Assembly (NCBI GenBank): GCA_964342815.1
Contig: CAYFHS010000013.1
Coordinates: 52,710 to 116,709 of the forward strand
Reading direction: 5' to 3'
Length of the DNA: 64,000 nucleotides
Origin: an uncultured archaeon
GTDB taxonomy: Archaea; Thermoplasmatota; Penumbrarchaeia; JASLWR01
Below are positions 1-9,612 of the stretch, one piece after another (the first letter of the stretch is position 1; the number at the start of each line of letters is the position of its first letter). The notes below the pieces were generated by a model. That model worked only from the letters and a program-made list of their open reading frames with translations. It searched no databases and was not told where the DNA came from. The translations under genes and the position numbers were made by a program.

Positions 1-2
1 TT

Positions 3-185
3 GGTTGGTTCAAAACTTTCATTGCACATGAGATAACTGACATTTATATCGAATTATACGATGAGGATGCTAATGACAATGAGTTAATCGGTAACTTTGT
101 AGCCGATCCGGGGAATGTAACAGATAGGATGTATCGTGGTGATGGGTGGAGTGTAACTTATTCGGTTAGTTACAAATACGAATAG
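3..185 (+). CDS. 3' end of a gene truncated by the window edge; C2-like Ca-binding motif
   Basis: Frame 3 is open from the edge to TAG at 183-185 and reads ...IYIELYDEDANDNELIGNFV..., resembling the C2-domain 'l.vyDeD...dd.iG' pattern. Confidence 0.5.
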   Translation, partial: GWFKTFIAHEITDIYIELYDEDANDNELIGNFVADPGNVTDRMYRGDGWSVTYSVSYKYE

Positions 186-203
186 GGATAGAGAATAAGA
201 GGT

Positions 204-1514
204 ATGGACATGAAAAAGATAGTCTCGATAGGAATCGTTGTGTTATTGTGCTTAGTGATCTTGAACACCATGGGTAACGCCCGAGGGGATAACCTCGCCG
301 GTGATCTGGACCAACTACTCGAGAATGAAAAGATGTTGAATATGAAGGATGGGGATTTCAATGAATCAACATACACCTATGGTATGAACAATACTTATGT
401 ATGGGGGATTTGGCATGATGGGAATAATCTATTTGATGGAACCCATCAAAGTGCTGAGATGACGAGCCTTAATTATTTGCCTTTCTTTTTCCCTCATAGC
501 CTAAAGATAACCCGGATTAGAGTTTATCCGATGGATGAAAACGGAGTAAAGGAAATAGAAAATATTTACATTCATCAATATCTTGAAATGATGATTTCTG
601 GCTCATATATTTTTTGGGATTTCCCTATATCAGAGTCAAACACCATAGGAGTGGTCTACAAAACGGACTATGTCGAATTTACTTTTCCAAATTTTATAAG
701 CTCCAGTCTAGCTATTAAATGTTCCGGTGTGATGTATTCACATATCAACGAAATAGAAATCTATTATGACAAGTACTATAACCCGTATCATTACACCTCA
801 GAGATCAACAACAATTATACCAACATCACCAACGAATACAACAATGATACCTATCTCAGTTACCAGAACGATACATACATCAATAACACCTATCTTAACA
901 GCACCTATCAGAACGATACATACATCAACCAGACCAATGCAACAACCAGAGTGATCCATGAGAACAACACCAATCTCAATAATACATATCTCAATGAAAC
1001 CATCCTTTCAGACAACCAACGACTAGAGCAGAAGTTAAACGAGGTATGGGAACAGCTGAACGATACCAAAGGAGGCGGCGAAGCGGTTAAGGAATCCAAA
1101 TCACTTGCAGATAGTACCTATTCCGACCCTATCCTTATCATTCTCCTACTGGTCATTATCGTACTCCAGATAATAATATTCCTGAGAAGGAAGAAAGGAC
1201 AAGGGGAAATGATGACGGGTAATAATGCTATAGAACCGGAGGTAGAGCATACACCTAAACCGGGATTCAGCAGAGAAACAGAGGTAGACATCATATCAAG
1301 GAAGGTTCAACAAGAGAAGCTAACCGAACATCAACCACCACCTACTCAACAAACCCAATATCAACATAGACAACCGAAACCGCAATCATCCGCACCTATC
1401 CCACCAGGGCAATCTATGACACCTCAACACATGGTAACAAACCCACAGGTTCAGACACCACCCCCACAACCACAAGAACAGAAAGCCTTACCAGAGCATC
1501 AATTCACGCCGTGA
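204..1514 (+). CDS. Type I membrane protein: signal peptide, beta-sandwich-like domain, N-glycosylation sequon-rich stalk, TM helix, Pro/Gln-rich tail
   Basis: 436-aa ORF; hydrophobic N-terminus; NDTY/NNTY repeats; TM ILIILLLVIIVLQIIIFL followed by RRKK; PQ-rich C-terminus. Confidence 0.8.
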   Translation: MDMKKIVSIGIVVLLCLVILNTMGNARGDNLAGDLDQLLENEKMLNMKDGDFNESTYTYGMNNTYVWGIWHDGNNLFDGTHQSAEMTSLNYLPFFFPHSLKITRIRVYPMDENGVKEIENIYIHQYLEMMISGSYIFWDFPISESNTIGVVYKTDYVEFTFPNFISSSLAIKCSGVMYSHINEIEIYYDKYYNPYHYTSEINNNYTNITNEYNNDTYLSYQNDTYINNTYLNSTYQNDTYINQTNATTRVIHENNTNLNNTYLNETILSDNQRLEQKLNEVWEQLNDTKGGGEAVKESKSLADSTYSDPILIILLLVIIVLQIIIFLRRKKGQGEMMTGNNAIEPEVEHTPKPGFSRETEVDIISRKVQQEKLTEHQPPPTQQTQYQHRQPKPQSSAPIPPGQSMTPQHMVTNPQVQTPPPQPQEQKALPEHQFTP

Positions 1515-1535
1515 GAAATGTATAATACCCTTGGA

Positions 1536-2072
1536 TTATTTTAGCTCAATTTCTCCAAACCAATCGTCTCCCTTCCCCCAATGGTCTCCCCCCCTTATTT
1601 CAAAATACATACCGGGCTCAGCATAGCCCGGTGATGGATTTCCATCATTATCTATATGATCTATGCTCTTTATTATAAAGAAATCACCCATTGAGATATT
1701 TCCATTACCATCATTGTCTTGAAAAACTATGAAGGTTTCATTGTCTATTGATTTATTAGTAATTTCAGATACTTGATGCTGTCCGTTTGACATATCACGC
1801 CGATCCGCACTAAAAAGGGTGAATCTTGCATCCTCGATAGGGCATTCTTTATGGGGTTCGGTCTCGATAATTAACACGGTATAATCATTGTTTTCTGTCC
1901 GATTACCTAATTTCGTGTAAATGGAATGATATATTCCCGTGCCTTCGTGGTTTTCGCTAACCCAGAGCCAAAGAAAAGAGAATAGCACCACTGTTATTAC
2001 TAATACAATAGCTAAACTGGTGATGAAGTATAAAATAATTTTTTTGAATGAAATAACTTCGTTAGGTGACAT
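1536..2072 (-). CDS. Membrane-anchored hypothetical protein with a DNDGNGNISMGD Ca-binding loop (pilin-like-domain style)
   Basis: 178-aa ORF; single N-terminal TM; FQDNDGNGNISMGDFFII motif. Confidence 0.7.
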   Translation of the reverse strand: MSPNEVISFKKIILYFITSLAIVLVITVVLFSFLWLWVSENHEGTGIYHSIYTKLGNRTENNDYTVLIIETEPHKECPIEDARFTLFSADRRDMSNGQHQVSEITNKSIDNETFIVFQDNDGNGNISMGDFFIIKSIDHIDNDGNPSPGYAEPGMYFEIRGGDHWGKGDDWFGEIELK

Positions 2073-2275
2073 AATATTGATAATATTCTTTTATTACCAT
2101 ATAGACTTTATCCCATTGGTTGTAAAATTTTCAATTTCTATGCTCTCTGATGGCCTCTAGAGGACGTTCTAGGGATCAGGTGAGTATGAGCCATGGGGAA
2201 GTATGCCTATAACCTAAGTATAGTCTAAAATTCTAGTATCCTATGCTCTGTAAAGGTGACCCTTACAGGTTCACC

Positions 2276-2316
2276 ATACTTGTCAAGTATCGTCCGGTTA
2301 TTCCTAACTTGACAAG
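2276..2316. promoter_or_regulatory. Pair of palindromic operator-like sites in a divergent intergenic region
   Basis: ATACTTG-T-CAAGTAT at 2276-2290 and CTTG-A-CAAG at 2308-2316 share the core CTTGWCAAG. Confidence 0.35.
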
Positions 2317-2371
2317 AGAGGCTAAGAACAGAGATGTAAAGATTTTATAGGATGAAGGGAATGTATAATCA

Positions 2372-2692
2372 ATGGAGAAAAAGGATAGATGTTGGATGGC
2401 ATGGGTATGTCTTATAATATCACTCATTATTTTTATACTAAGTCTGATTGATATACGTATCCAACCTGAAACTAGTGATGATTTTTGGGAAATTACTTTT
2501 AATGATACGATGGGATATCCTGATATAAATGACAGGAATCAAGCCCTTTGCTGCGGGCTCCCTTTGGGTTTTATGTTTATATTGTTAGCGATAATTTTTA
2601 AAACTCACCATTCGAAAAAGTATCGAAAACGAAGCATGGTCGAATCCGAAATCGACACCGATACAGAAGTGAATCAAAAAGGACAAATATAA
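2372..2692 (+). CDS. Small two-TM hypothetical membrane protein
   Basis: 106-aa ORF with two hydrophobic segments and a charged tail. Confidence 0.65.
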   Translation: MEKKDRCWMAWVCLIISLIIFILSLIDIRIQPETSDDFWEITFNDTMGYPDINDRNQALCCGLPLGFMFILLAIIFKTHHSKKYRKRSMVESEIDTDTEVNQKGQI

Positions 2693-2756
2693 ATACTCAT
2701 TCTCTTCAACTATGTTCAACATATTATATAATGTGGGTTTTGAACCCAAAAGAATA

Positions 2757-2770
2757 TGGACCCGTCGGGA
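2757..2770 (-). repeat. Exact 14-bp copy of the tRNA-Ala 3' end (att-like direct repeat)
   Basis: tggacccgtcggga at 2757-2770 is identical to 2827-2840. Confidence 0.8.
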
Positions 2771-2826
2771 CCGCAGTAATTCATCAGAAATGCGAGGACC
2801 GAGACGGGTACACGAGTAAAAGCGAG

Positions 2827-2948
2827 TGGACCCGTCGGGATTTGAACCCGAGGCCTCCTCCACTTCGGCCAACTGGTTGGCCTATGTCCTCGGTCTGGCC
2901 AACCTTCGGATGCCAAGGAGACGATCTTCCGGACTGATCTACGGGCCC
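2827..2948 (-). tRNA. tRNA-Ala: tRNA-Ala(GGC) with a 48-nt intron at position 37/38; no encoded CCA
   Basis: Minus strand folds as a cloverleaf: acceptor GGGCCCG/CGGGTCC with the G3:U70 Ala identity pair, D-arm GATC/GATC, anticodon stem TCTCC/GGAGG, loop TTGGCA|T, T-arm TCGGG-TTCAAAT-CCCGA, discriminator A. Confidence 0.95.
2863..2910 (-). other. Archaeal tRNA intron with a bulge-helix-bulge motif
   Basis: 4-bp central helix TTGG/CCGA flanked by 3-nt bulges CA|T and AG|T; internal 8-bp stem GGTTGGCC/GGCCAACC. Confidence 0.9.
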
Positions 2949-3215
2949 ATACATGGGCGTGGGGGGTTTCTGGGATAATAGGGCATTGGGACCGTCATCC
3001 GTGAACAACATGTTTACGGTGTGAAGGGTCCATTACCAACGAACGGAGCGAGTATTTTATTTCTATTTTATATTTTCCTTGCCAGTATGAGATTATGTTC
3101 AAGCTTATGGGAATCACACAAATGCAAAGGTTCCGGGTATAAGGTAAAAACGGAGAATAGTATTAATTATTAGCATAGCAATATTGTCCCATCAAACAAG
3201 TCCGCGTGATCACAC

Positions 3216-4193
3216 ATGAACATCATCAAGACGGAGAACCTGACCAAGCGTTTTGGTAAAGTGGAAGCCCTGCGGGGAGTAAGTCTCGAAGTGGGCGAGG
3301 GAGCCGTAGGTCTTCTGGGACCCAACGGCGCCGGCAAGACCACGCTTCTTCGGATACTGCTGGGACAGACCAAGAAAACCTCCGGGAACGCCATGCTGCT
3401 GAACACCTCCATCAGCGACAAGAATTTCGAGGTGCGCCGCAATTTCGGTTACATGCCGGAACACGAATGCCTGGTTCCCACCATGAACGCGGTCACTTTT
3501 ATTTCGTATATGGCCATGATCAACGGCCTGCCCCGGGCCGATGCCGTTCAGAGAGCCCACGAATCACTCCATTACGTGGGTATCGGCGACGAGCGGTACC
3601 GCCATATCAAGACCTATTCCACGGGTATGAGGCAGAAGATCAAATTCGCCCAAGCCATCGCACACGACCCCACGGTGCTTTTTCTCGATGAACCCACCAA
3701 CGGCATGGACCCCGAAGGACGCAGGCAGATACTGGAGCTTATCAAGGACGTTCACGTTAATCACGGCAAATCCGTAGTCCTTTCGAGCCACTTGCTGGCC
3801 GATGTGGAAGCCATATGCGACCACGTGATCGTGTTGAACGAGGGGAAGCTGGTTCTTGATGATCTTCTATCGGCACTGACCGGCAGCGATAAATATACTC
3901 TGGACATCAAGATCAAGGGTGATGGCGATCGGTTCATGTCCGTACTTCAAAAACAGGGCTTCAATGTAACCCGCGAGGAAAATCTGTTCAAGGTGGAACG
4001 CAAGGGCGATACTCTCGACATCATCATCAGGTTGTGCGCCGAGAACGACATCCAGCTCCGTTATGCCAACCAAAGTTTCAGATCATTGGAAGATATCTTT
4101 ATCGACATAATATCCGCAAGTTCCGGGGAAAGAGACGGAAAAGGACAGAAAATTTCAAGCCCTGGTGCAGGGGGTGGTTCCGGTGCCAATTGA
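3216..4193 (+). CDS. ABC transporter ATP-binding protein (ABC-2/export type)
   Basis: Walker A GPNGAGKT, signature YSTGM, Walker B LFLDEPT, H-loop SSH. Confidence 0.95.
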   Translation: MNIIKTENLTKRFGKVEALRGVSLEVGEGAVGLLGPNGAGKTTLLRILLGQTKKTSGNAMLLNTSISDKNFEVRRNFGYMPEHECLVPTMNAVTFISYMAMINGLPRADAVQRAHESLHYVGIGDERYRHIKTYSTGMRQKIKFAQAIAHDPTVLFLDEPTNGMDPEGRRQILELIKDVHVNHGKSVVLSSHLLADVEAICDHVIVLNEGKLVLDDLLSALTGSDKYTLDIKIKGDGDRFMSVLQKQGFNVTREENLFKVERKGDTLDIIIRLCAENDIQLRYANQSFRSLEDIFIDIISASSGERDGKGQKISSPGAGGGSGAN

Positions 4194-6138
4194 GAAGGGG
4201 GGATACAGAGCCTGGAAGGGTAAATCCAGGGGACTCGTATACCGAATATTTTCCATAGCAAACTGCGAGCTGCGGTATCGGCTGAAAAGACCGGCAATCA
4301 TAGTGGTTCTGGCCATACTTGGGCTCTATACCCTGATAACCGGACTGGTGCCGGTTCTCGGCAGCATCTTTGGCGGAGAGAATATGTTTGTTTACGACCC
4401 CAATGTCGATTTCAACCAATATCAGGTGCCCGATGTTGTAATGAGCGGGGTGACCATCTCAAACACCAGTGATACACTAAAGCAAATCGATGCCGGCCTT
4501 GAACTCTTCGACCTTGGGATTGAGCCCGGGCAAACGGCAGTTTACCAGCTGGAGATCACCAACGCGGGGACTCGTTCGGGTACGTTTAACGTAATGCTCG
4601 AAGGATATTCGGGCAGCAGTTCTTGGGATGTGCGACTAATAGAAGGGAGCATTTCATTTGACACGCGAAGTTATACCCAACCGGATGCGGAAGTTTATGA
4701 AAATGACTCTCGAACCAGACAATTCGATGAAAAAAGACCGGGCTCCGAAAGCAACCGGGACATATCCGATAACCAAAATTTCGGTACCCTTACGTTGGAC
4801 CTGGAGGCCGGTTCATCGAATACCGTATCTGTAAAAGTATACCTCAGCGAAAACAACATTGGCTTCGACACACTGGCTCTATCGATATCGGTTGAAAACA
4901 TCATCGATTGGAACGATTATGATGTGGCCTCACCCACCTATTACCGGACGAAACTCAGATTCGATCTATTCACCAATATTACATGGCCTGCGTCATCCGA
5001 GAAACCATTCATGGAAATGAAATTGACCGGGCTCAAGGACTCCTCTGGGAAATGGTCCCAGGACCGAATAAATCAGCTCTACGATAAACCTCCGAAGGTG
5101 AAATGGGAGGATACTTTAGAATTTACGTTCAGCATTAAGAATACGGATGACGAGACCATTTACGTAAAACGCCTGCTGGACCCGGATTCAAATAATTATG
5201 ATTACTACTATGAAGATGATTTCGGCGATCCATTCAGGTCCGGCGGAAATTCCAACCAAGAGGAGACAAAGGAAATAAAGAGCGGCGGGACCGAAGCTTT
5301 TACCGTGTATGTAACTCCTTATATCGGGAAAAAACCCGGCAACGGTTATCACCAACTTATCTTCGTTGCCAGCGATATAAATGGTATCTTTGACGAGGAT
5401 ATCATGCAATCGTATCAGGAACGCGGAGGCGGGGGGAAGAACCTGAGCTTTTCGTCTGTTCCCTACATTGTTAAAAGTTACCATCTTCCGGTGCAGGATG
5501 ATACCGCAGAATACTTCTTCAACACCTTCTACACAGGCGGGATCAACATTTGGGTCATATTAATCGCCGTGCTCGGAGGATCAGGTTTGATCGCTGACGA
5601 CAGGGCCAACAAGACCCTGCCCCTGTACTACTCGAAAGCAATACCCAAATATGGTTATCTCGCAGGCAAGTTCCTGGGTTTGGCCTCGTTGATCGCTCTG
5701 GTGACTATTGTCTGGAACAACCTGTGGTTCACCGCCATCATGTTAATGGGAGGGTTCAGCTGGCAGTTCTTCACCTCGCACATGTGGATAATGGGAGCTT
5801 TTACCCTGTACGGCCTTATCATCACTTTCTTCATGTCGGCGCTTGTCCTGGGAGCCTCCTCTCTTGCAAAGAACCGTTATATCGTGGGCGCATCGGTATT
5901 TGCATTGTTTCTCATAAGCGCTTTAATGGGTACGCTCATCTCGGTGGTAACAAGGGAGGATAACTATCTCATGTTATCGCCCTCTGCAGATTTTATTTTT
6001 GTCGGATATGCTCTGTTCGATCTTGGAGCCACCCCGGTAGACTGGGTACACGCCCTGATGGCTCTCGCCGGGATTTTTGTCGTCTTTATTGGAGTTCTAT
6101 ACTGGCAGCTCGTACAAAGGGAGGTGAGCACCGAATGA
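4165..6138 (+). CDS. ABC-2 type permease with a large extracytoplasmic Ig-like insertion
   Basis: First TM near aa 43-65, then about 400 aa of soluble beta-rich sequence, then multi-TM region with GSGLIADDRANKTLPLYYSK motif; overlaps both ATPase genes. Confidence 0.85.
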   Translation: MQGVVPVPIEKGGYRAWKGKSRGLVYRIFSIANCELRYRLKRPAIIVVLAILGLYTLITGLVPVLGSIFGGENMFVYDPNVDFNQYQVPDVVMSGVTISNTSDTLKQIDAGLELFDLGIEPGQTAVYQLEITNAGTRSGTFNVMLEGYSGSSSWDVRLIEGSISFDTRSYTQPDAEVYENDSRTRQFDEKRPGSESNRDISDNQNFGTLTLDLEAGSSNTVSVKVYLSENNIGFDTLALSISVENIIDWNDYDVASPTYYRTKLRFDLFTNITWPASSEKPFMEMKLTGLKDSSGKWSQDRINQLYDKPPKVKWEDTLEFTFSIKNTDDETIYVKRLLDPDSNNYDYYYEDDFGDPFRSGGNSNQEETKEIKSGGTEAFTVYVTPYIGKKPGNGYHQLIFVASDINGIFDEDIMQSYQERGGGGKNLSFSSVPYIVKSYHLPVQDDTAEYFFNTFYTGGINIWVILIAVLGGSGLIADDRANKTLPLYYSKAIPKYGYLAGKFLGLASLIALVTIVWNNLWFTAIMLMGGFSWQFFTSHMWIMGAFTLYGLIITFFMSALVLGASSLAKNRYIVGASVFALFLISALMGTLISVVTREDNYLMLSPSADFIFVGYALFDLGATPVDWVHALMALAGIFVVFIGVLYWQLVQREVSTE

Positions 6139-7115
6139 AACGGGGCAGCGCCAGTACTACGGATAAAGAGAAACTGCAGGAGGGCATCTTTCTCAACAAC
6201 GTATCGAAATGGTACGGTCAGGTTATGGGTCTCATCGACGTGACGGCATTCATAGGTAAGGGAGTGACCGGCCTTCTGGGCCCAAACGGCGCGGGAAAGA
6301 GCACTCTAATCAAGCTCGTAACCGGTCAGATACGTCCAAACAAGGGAACCATCACAGCCTTTGGAATGCCGGTATGGAACAATCCACAGTATTACCGAAT
6401 GGTGGGTTACTGCCCGGAATTCGAGAACATGTACGAATGGCTTACCGGCCTCGATTTCGTAACGTACATGGTGAGATTGAACGGTTACGGAAAGAGCGAG
6501 GGGGAGAAACTTGCACGGCAGGCAATAGAGACCGTGGGAATGAAAAAGGAGTCGGGTCGTAAGATAGCCACGTACAGCAAGGGAATGCGGCAGAGGATCA
6601 AACTGGCCCAGGCCATAGCTCACAAACCGAAGATACTCTTTCTGGATGAGCCCTTGGCAGGGACCGACCCGGTAGGCAGGGTGGAGATAATCAATCTGAT
6701 CAGGCAGCTTGGAGACAAAAAAAGCGGTATTTCGGTGGTGGTTTCCAGTCATATCTTACACGAGATCGAGCGTATGACGAAACGGGTTTTAATGGTACAC
6801 AAGGGGCGGCTGCTCGCCTGGGGGGATATGAACGAGATCCGGGACAAGCTGGATCGCTTCCCACACACACTCTCCATCAGCTCCGCCGAGGATCGGAGAC
6901 TGGCAAGGCACCTTATCAATATGCCCGAGGTCAGTTCCGTCAAGGTGGATGATAAAGAATCCGTATTGAGAGTTAAGATATTGAAGCCGGATAATTTTTA
7001 CTCGAAACTACCGAAAATCCTTGTGAAGGAGAAGATATCAATCGACCAGCTAGGCAGCCTCGACGAGGACCTGGAATCAATCTTTGCATATCTTACGGGA
7101 GGTGTTGGAAAATGA
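6135..7115 (+). CDS. Second ABC transporter ATP-binding protein
   Basis: GPNGAGKS, YSKGM, LFLDEP, SSH motifs; ATGA overlap with the upstream stop. Confidence 0.95.
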   Translation: MKRGSASTTDKEKLQEGIFLNNVSKWYGQVMGLIDVTAFIGKGVTGLLGPNGAGKSTLIKLVTGQIRPNKGTITAFGMPVWNNPQYYRMVGYCPEFENMYEWLTGLDFVTYMVRLNGYGKSEGEKLARQAIETVGMKKESGRKIATYSKGMRQRIKLAQAIAHKPKILFLDEPLAGTDPVGRVEIINLIRQLGDKKSGISVVVSSHILHEIERMTKRVLMVHKGRLLAWGDMNEIRDKLDRFPHTLSISSAEDRRLARHLINMPEVSSVKVDDKESVLRVKILKPDNFYSKLPKILVKEKISIDQLGSLDEDLESIFAYLTGGVGK

Positions 7116-7882
7116 ACGGTGAGAATCGTGGAAGTTCCGGCTCGATCCTACCGGTGATCGTGTCTACCACCTTTCGGCAGCTTCTTTTCCGAAAGCAGAT
7201 ATTTTTGCTGATATTTTTCATGCTTCTTCCAGTGGTTGTGGCTCTGGTATGGCTTGGGAACGTGGAAGATCCCGAACCCATGGTTTTTTTCTCCGAGCTC
7301 TACAACAACCTGTACCTTCACATCCTCCTTCTTCTGGTATCGTTGATACTGAGCGTAAATATATTCAATTCGGAGTTCAAGGACCGCACAATGGCCTATC
7401 TCTTCACCCGGCCGGTTCCCAGATGGAATATATATGTCGGGAAATTCATTGCCGTCCTGCTGGTTCAGTTCGTGGTTGTTCTGCCCTCGGTGCTTATTAC
7501 GTTCTGGATAATATTTGCAAAAGGGGGGCCCGCAGGTTACTGGGATGACCTGGGCGGATTTCTAGTAGTTTCCATGATGGCTATTTTAGTATACTCCTCC
7601 TTCTTTGTCATGCTGGGCATCAAGCTCAAGTATCCGCTTCTGATAGGGCTTTTCGTGGCTTTCATATGGGAGATAGTGATCTCGGCCCGCAGTACCACAA
7701 TAGCAAAATTGACGGCAATGTATCACCTACAGTCCATAGCACATGGGGTGACCGACGAAGGGTATTTCGCGTACTTGCTCAATTATGGCGAAACGGGATC
7801 CGCCTTTATTGTGTTATACTGTATTACCGGAGTGATGGCTGGAATTTCCATTTATTTTCTGTACACGAAAGAATTGGAATAA
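7112..7882 (+). CDS. ABC-2 type permease
   Basis: Six hydrophobic segments; FNSEFKDRTMAYLFTRPVPR motif; ATGA overlap. Confidence 0.9.
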   Translation: MNGENRGSSGSILPVIVSTTFRQLLFRKQIFLLIFFMLLPVVVALVWLGNVEDPEPMVFFSELYNNLYLHILLLLVSLILSVNIFNSEFKDRTMAYLFTRPVPRWNIYVGKFIAVLLVQFVVVLPSVLITFWIIFAKGGPAGYWDDLGGFLVVSMMAILVYSSFFVMLGIKLKYPLLIGLFVAFIWEIVISARSTTIAKLTAMYHLQSIAHGVTDEGYFAYLLNYGETGSAFIVLYCITGVMAGISIYFLYTKELE

Positions 7883-7895
7883 TTTTAGATTAAAA

Positions 7896-7950
7896 CTAAA
7901 GAGGGCCTGCGACGTAAGAAACGCAGGCCCGACCGCAAATTAAAAAGAAA
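7896..7950 (+). repeat. Dispersed hairpin/A-tract element, copy 1
   Basis: GGGCCTGCG (7903-7911) / CGCAGGCCC (7922-7930) stem followed by an A-rich tract; reverse complement aligns with 57185-57239. Confidence 0.7.
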
Positions 7951-8046
7951 AATGGGATACTGCGTAATATGAATTGAGGCCCGGCGGCCTCAAAGTGTTC
8001 GAAATCCTAAGCAAGCACTATACCCGACACCTGCGCTATTCCAGCA

Positions 8047-9612
8047 TTATCCTTTTATTTCATCCCGGATATAAACAAACATCTTTTTTGGATTGAAAAC
8101 GTCAAGAAAATATCTAAGATCGTTTTTTGTAATCTCCCGAATTATATACAATATTAAAAAGTGCGCGGCCAGGCCAACAAGAAAATAAATTGGAACCGCA
8201 AATAAATATCCAAATTCAGATATCACAGGGGAGATCCATGACAAAACTGCGTCTATTGCCTCCGGTAAAACTCTCAATGGGAATATCAGATTTAGAATTA
8301 AAAAGAAAACGGCCAATATTGTTCCTGACAATACAAACCGGATCATTCGCCAGTTTGGTTTTGTCCTTGTAACAATATATTTCCTCACAATAAATCGAAC
8401 GAGTATAAAAATGGCTACAGACGAGATCAATGTGGCCGCTGCTGCGCCAGTACCTTTCATACCCGGCAAATTAATTCCAAATAACGAATTGGGTATTAAT
8501 AGTACCAAAAAAAGTCCGTTTAAAATGCCTTGAATAATTCCAACAAAAGCATAGATCCATGGCCGATCAGTACCCAGTATTTGAGATATATAGGGTACGT
8601 TCAAAGCAGTGAACAGGGCCGATATAGCCATAATTCTTATCATGGGAACCGCTGGATGAAAAGAGTCACTTAGAAAGATGATTACAAGGTCTTTTGGGAA
8701 TAGTATGAGAATGACAATGGCGGGTAATAAAAAGAGGGCGATGTATTTTTCTGCCTTGTAGGTGTACTCAGAGATACGAGAGTATAATTTTTCGGAATGA
8801 AATTTAGAGAATGTTGGAAATAATAATATTCCCACCACGAAAATTAAATTCGTAGATGAAATCATTCTCCAGGCGGCAAAATAATTACCAACATCTTCTG
8901 GAGACCAGAAAAATCCAATAATTACCCGATTAATACTTACGGATGCCGCTAATCCCACAATAGTTGCAATAAAAAGTGGAATAGCAAATCGAATATAGCT
9001 CTTCATGAGAGGCCACGAAGGTCTTTTGATCCTGTATCCTTTGAACATGAGCAGGTAGAAAATAGTTTGAAACAAAATACTGAAGAGATAGGTCCCCGCT
9101 AGTCCGTATATCCCAAGTTGATTAATTACTACAAATACCACCGCACCCATCCTGACCACATTGAAAATCAGTTTCCCGATCTCGATCTTGGCGATCTCCA
9201 ATCTTGCTTCGAAGGTGCTGATGAAAATGTCATTCAAATTTTCCAATATCAGAAATATGATTAGGAAGTATATGACATTGCGATGTTCAGGAGATTCAAA
9301 ACCACTTCCAAATACTAATAATGTTATGAAAAGAAAAATCAAGGATATTACAGTCAACAATATCTTTCCAGCAATATAAGTTCCAATGCATTTCCCCAGA
9401 TCTTTTCCCTCGGAAATTCGTTTAATATGAGCACTTTTTAAAAGTTTGGTAATTCCAAGCCACATGCCAATAAATGCTAAGCTAAATGCCACTATACCAT
9501 ATGAAAAATCGGCATCATCCAGGCCTCTCACGATATAGAAAATCATCAGAGAAGATAGAACTCCGATGATAATTGCATTCAATACCATTAATAGCATCTT
9601 TCGTCCTATCAA
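8047..9612 (-). CDS. Oligosaccharide/polysaccharide flippase (MOP superfamily, Wzx/RfbX-like)
   Basis: 521-aa, about 14 hydrophobic segments; motifs such as GFFWSPEDVGNY and LLFPTFSK typical of Wzx-like flippases. Confidence 0.8.
   Translation of the reverse strand: MIGRKMLLMVLNAIIIGVLSSLMIFYIVRGLDDADFSYGIVAFSLAFIGMWLGITKLLKSAHIKRISEGKDLGKCIGTYIAGKILLTVISLIFLFITLLVFGSGFESPEHRNVIYFLIIFLILENLNDIFISTFEARLEIAKIEIGKLIFNVVRMGAVVFVVINQLGIYGLAGTYLFSILFQTIFYLLMFKGYRIKRPSWPLMKSYIRFAIPLFIATIVGLAASVSINRVIIGFFWSPEDVGNYFAAWRMISSTNLIFVVGILLFPTFSKFHSEKLYSRISEYTYKAEKYIALFLLPAIVILILFPKDLVIIFLSDSFHPAVPMIRIMAISALFTALNVPYISQILGTDRPWIYAFVGIIQGILNGLFLVLLIPNSLFGINLPGMKGTGAAAATLISSVAIFILVRFIVRKYIVTRTKPNWRMIRFVLSGTILAVFFLILNLIFPLRVLPEAIDAVLSWISPVISEFGYLFAVPIYFLVGLAAHFLILYIIREITKNDLRYFLDVFNPKKMFVYIRDEIKG

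Noticed and set aside
2735-2747. T-arm-like hairpin GGGTTCAAAACCC as a second tRNA fragment
   Set aside because: No acceptor, D or anticodon arm around it; too short to separate from chance
2863-2910. tRNA intron acting as a C/D box guide RNA, as in the tRNA-Trp intron
   Set aside because: Only 48 nt, with no RUGAUGA or CUGA boxes
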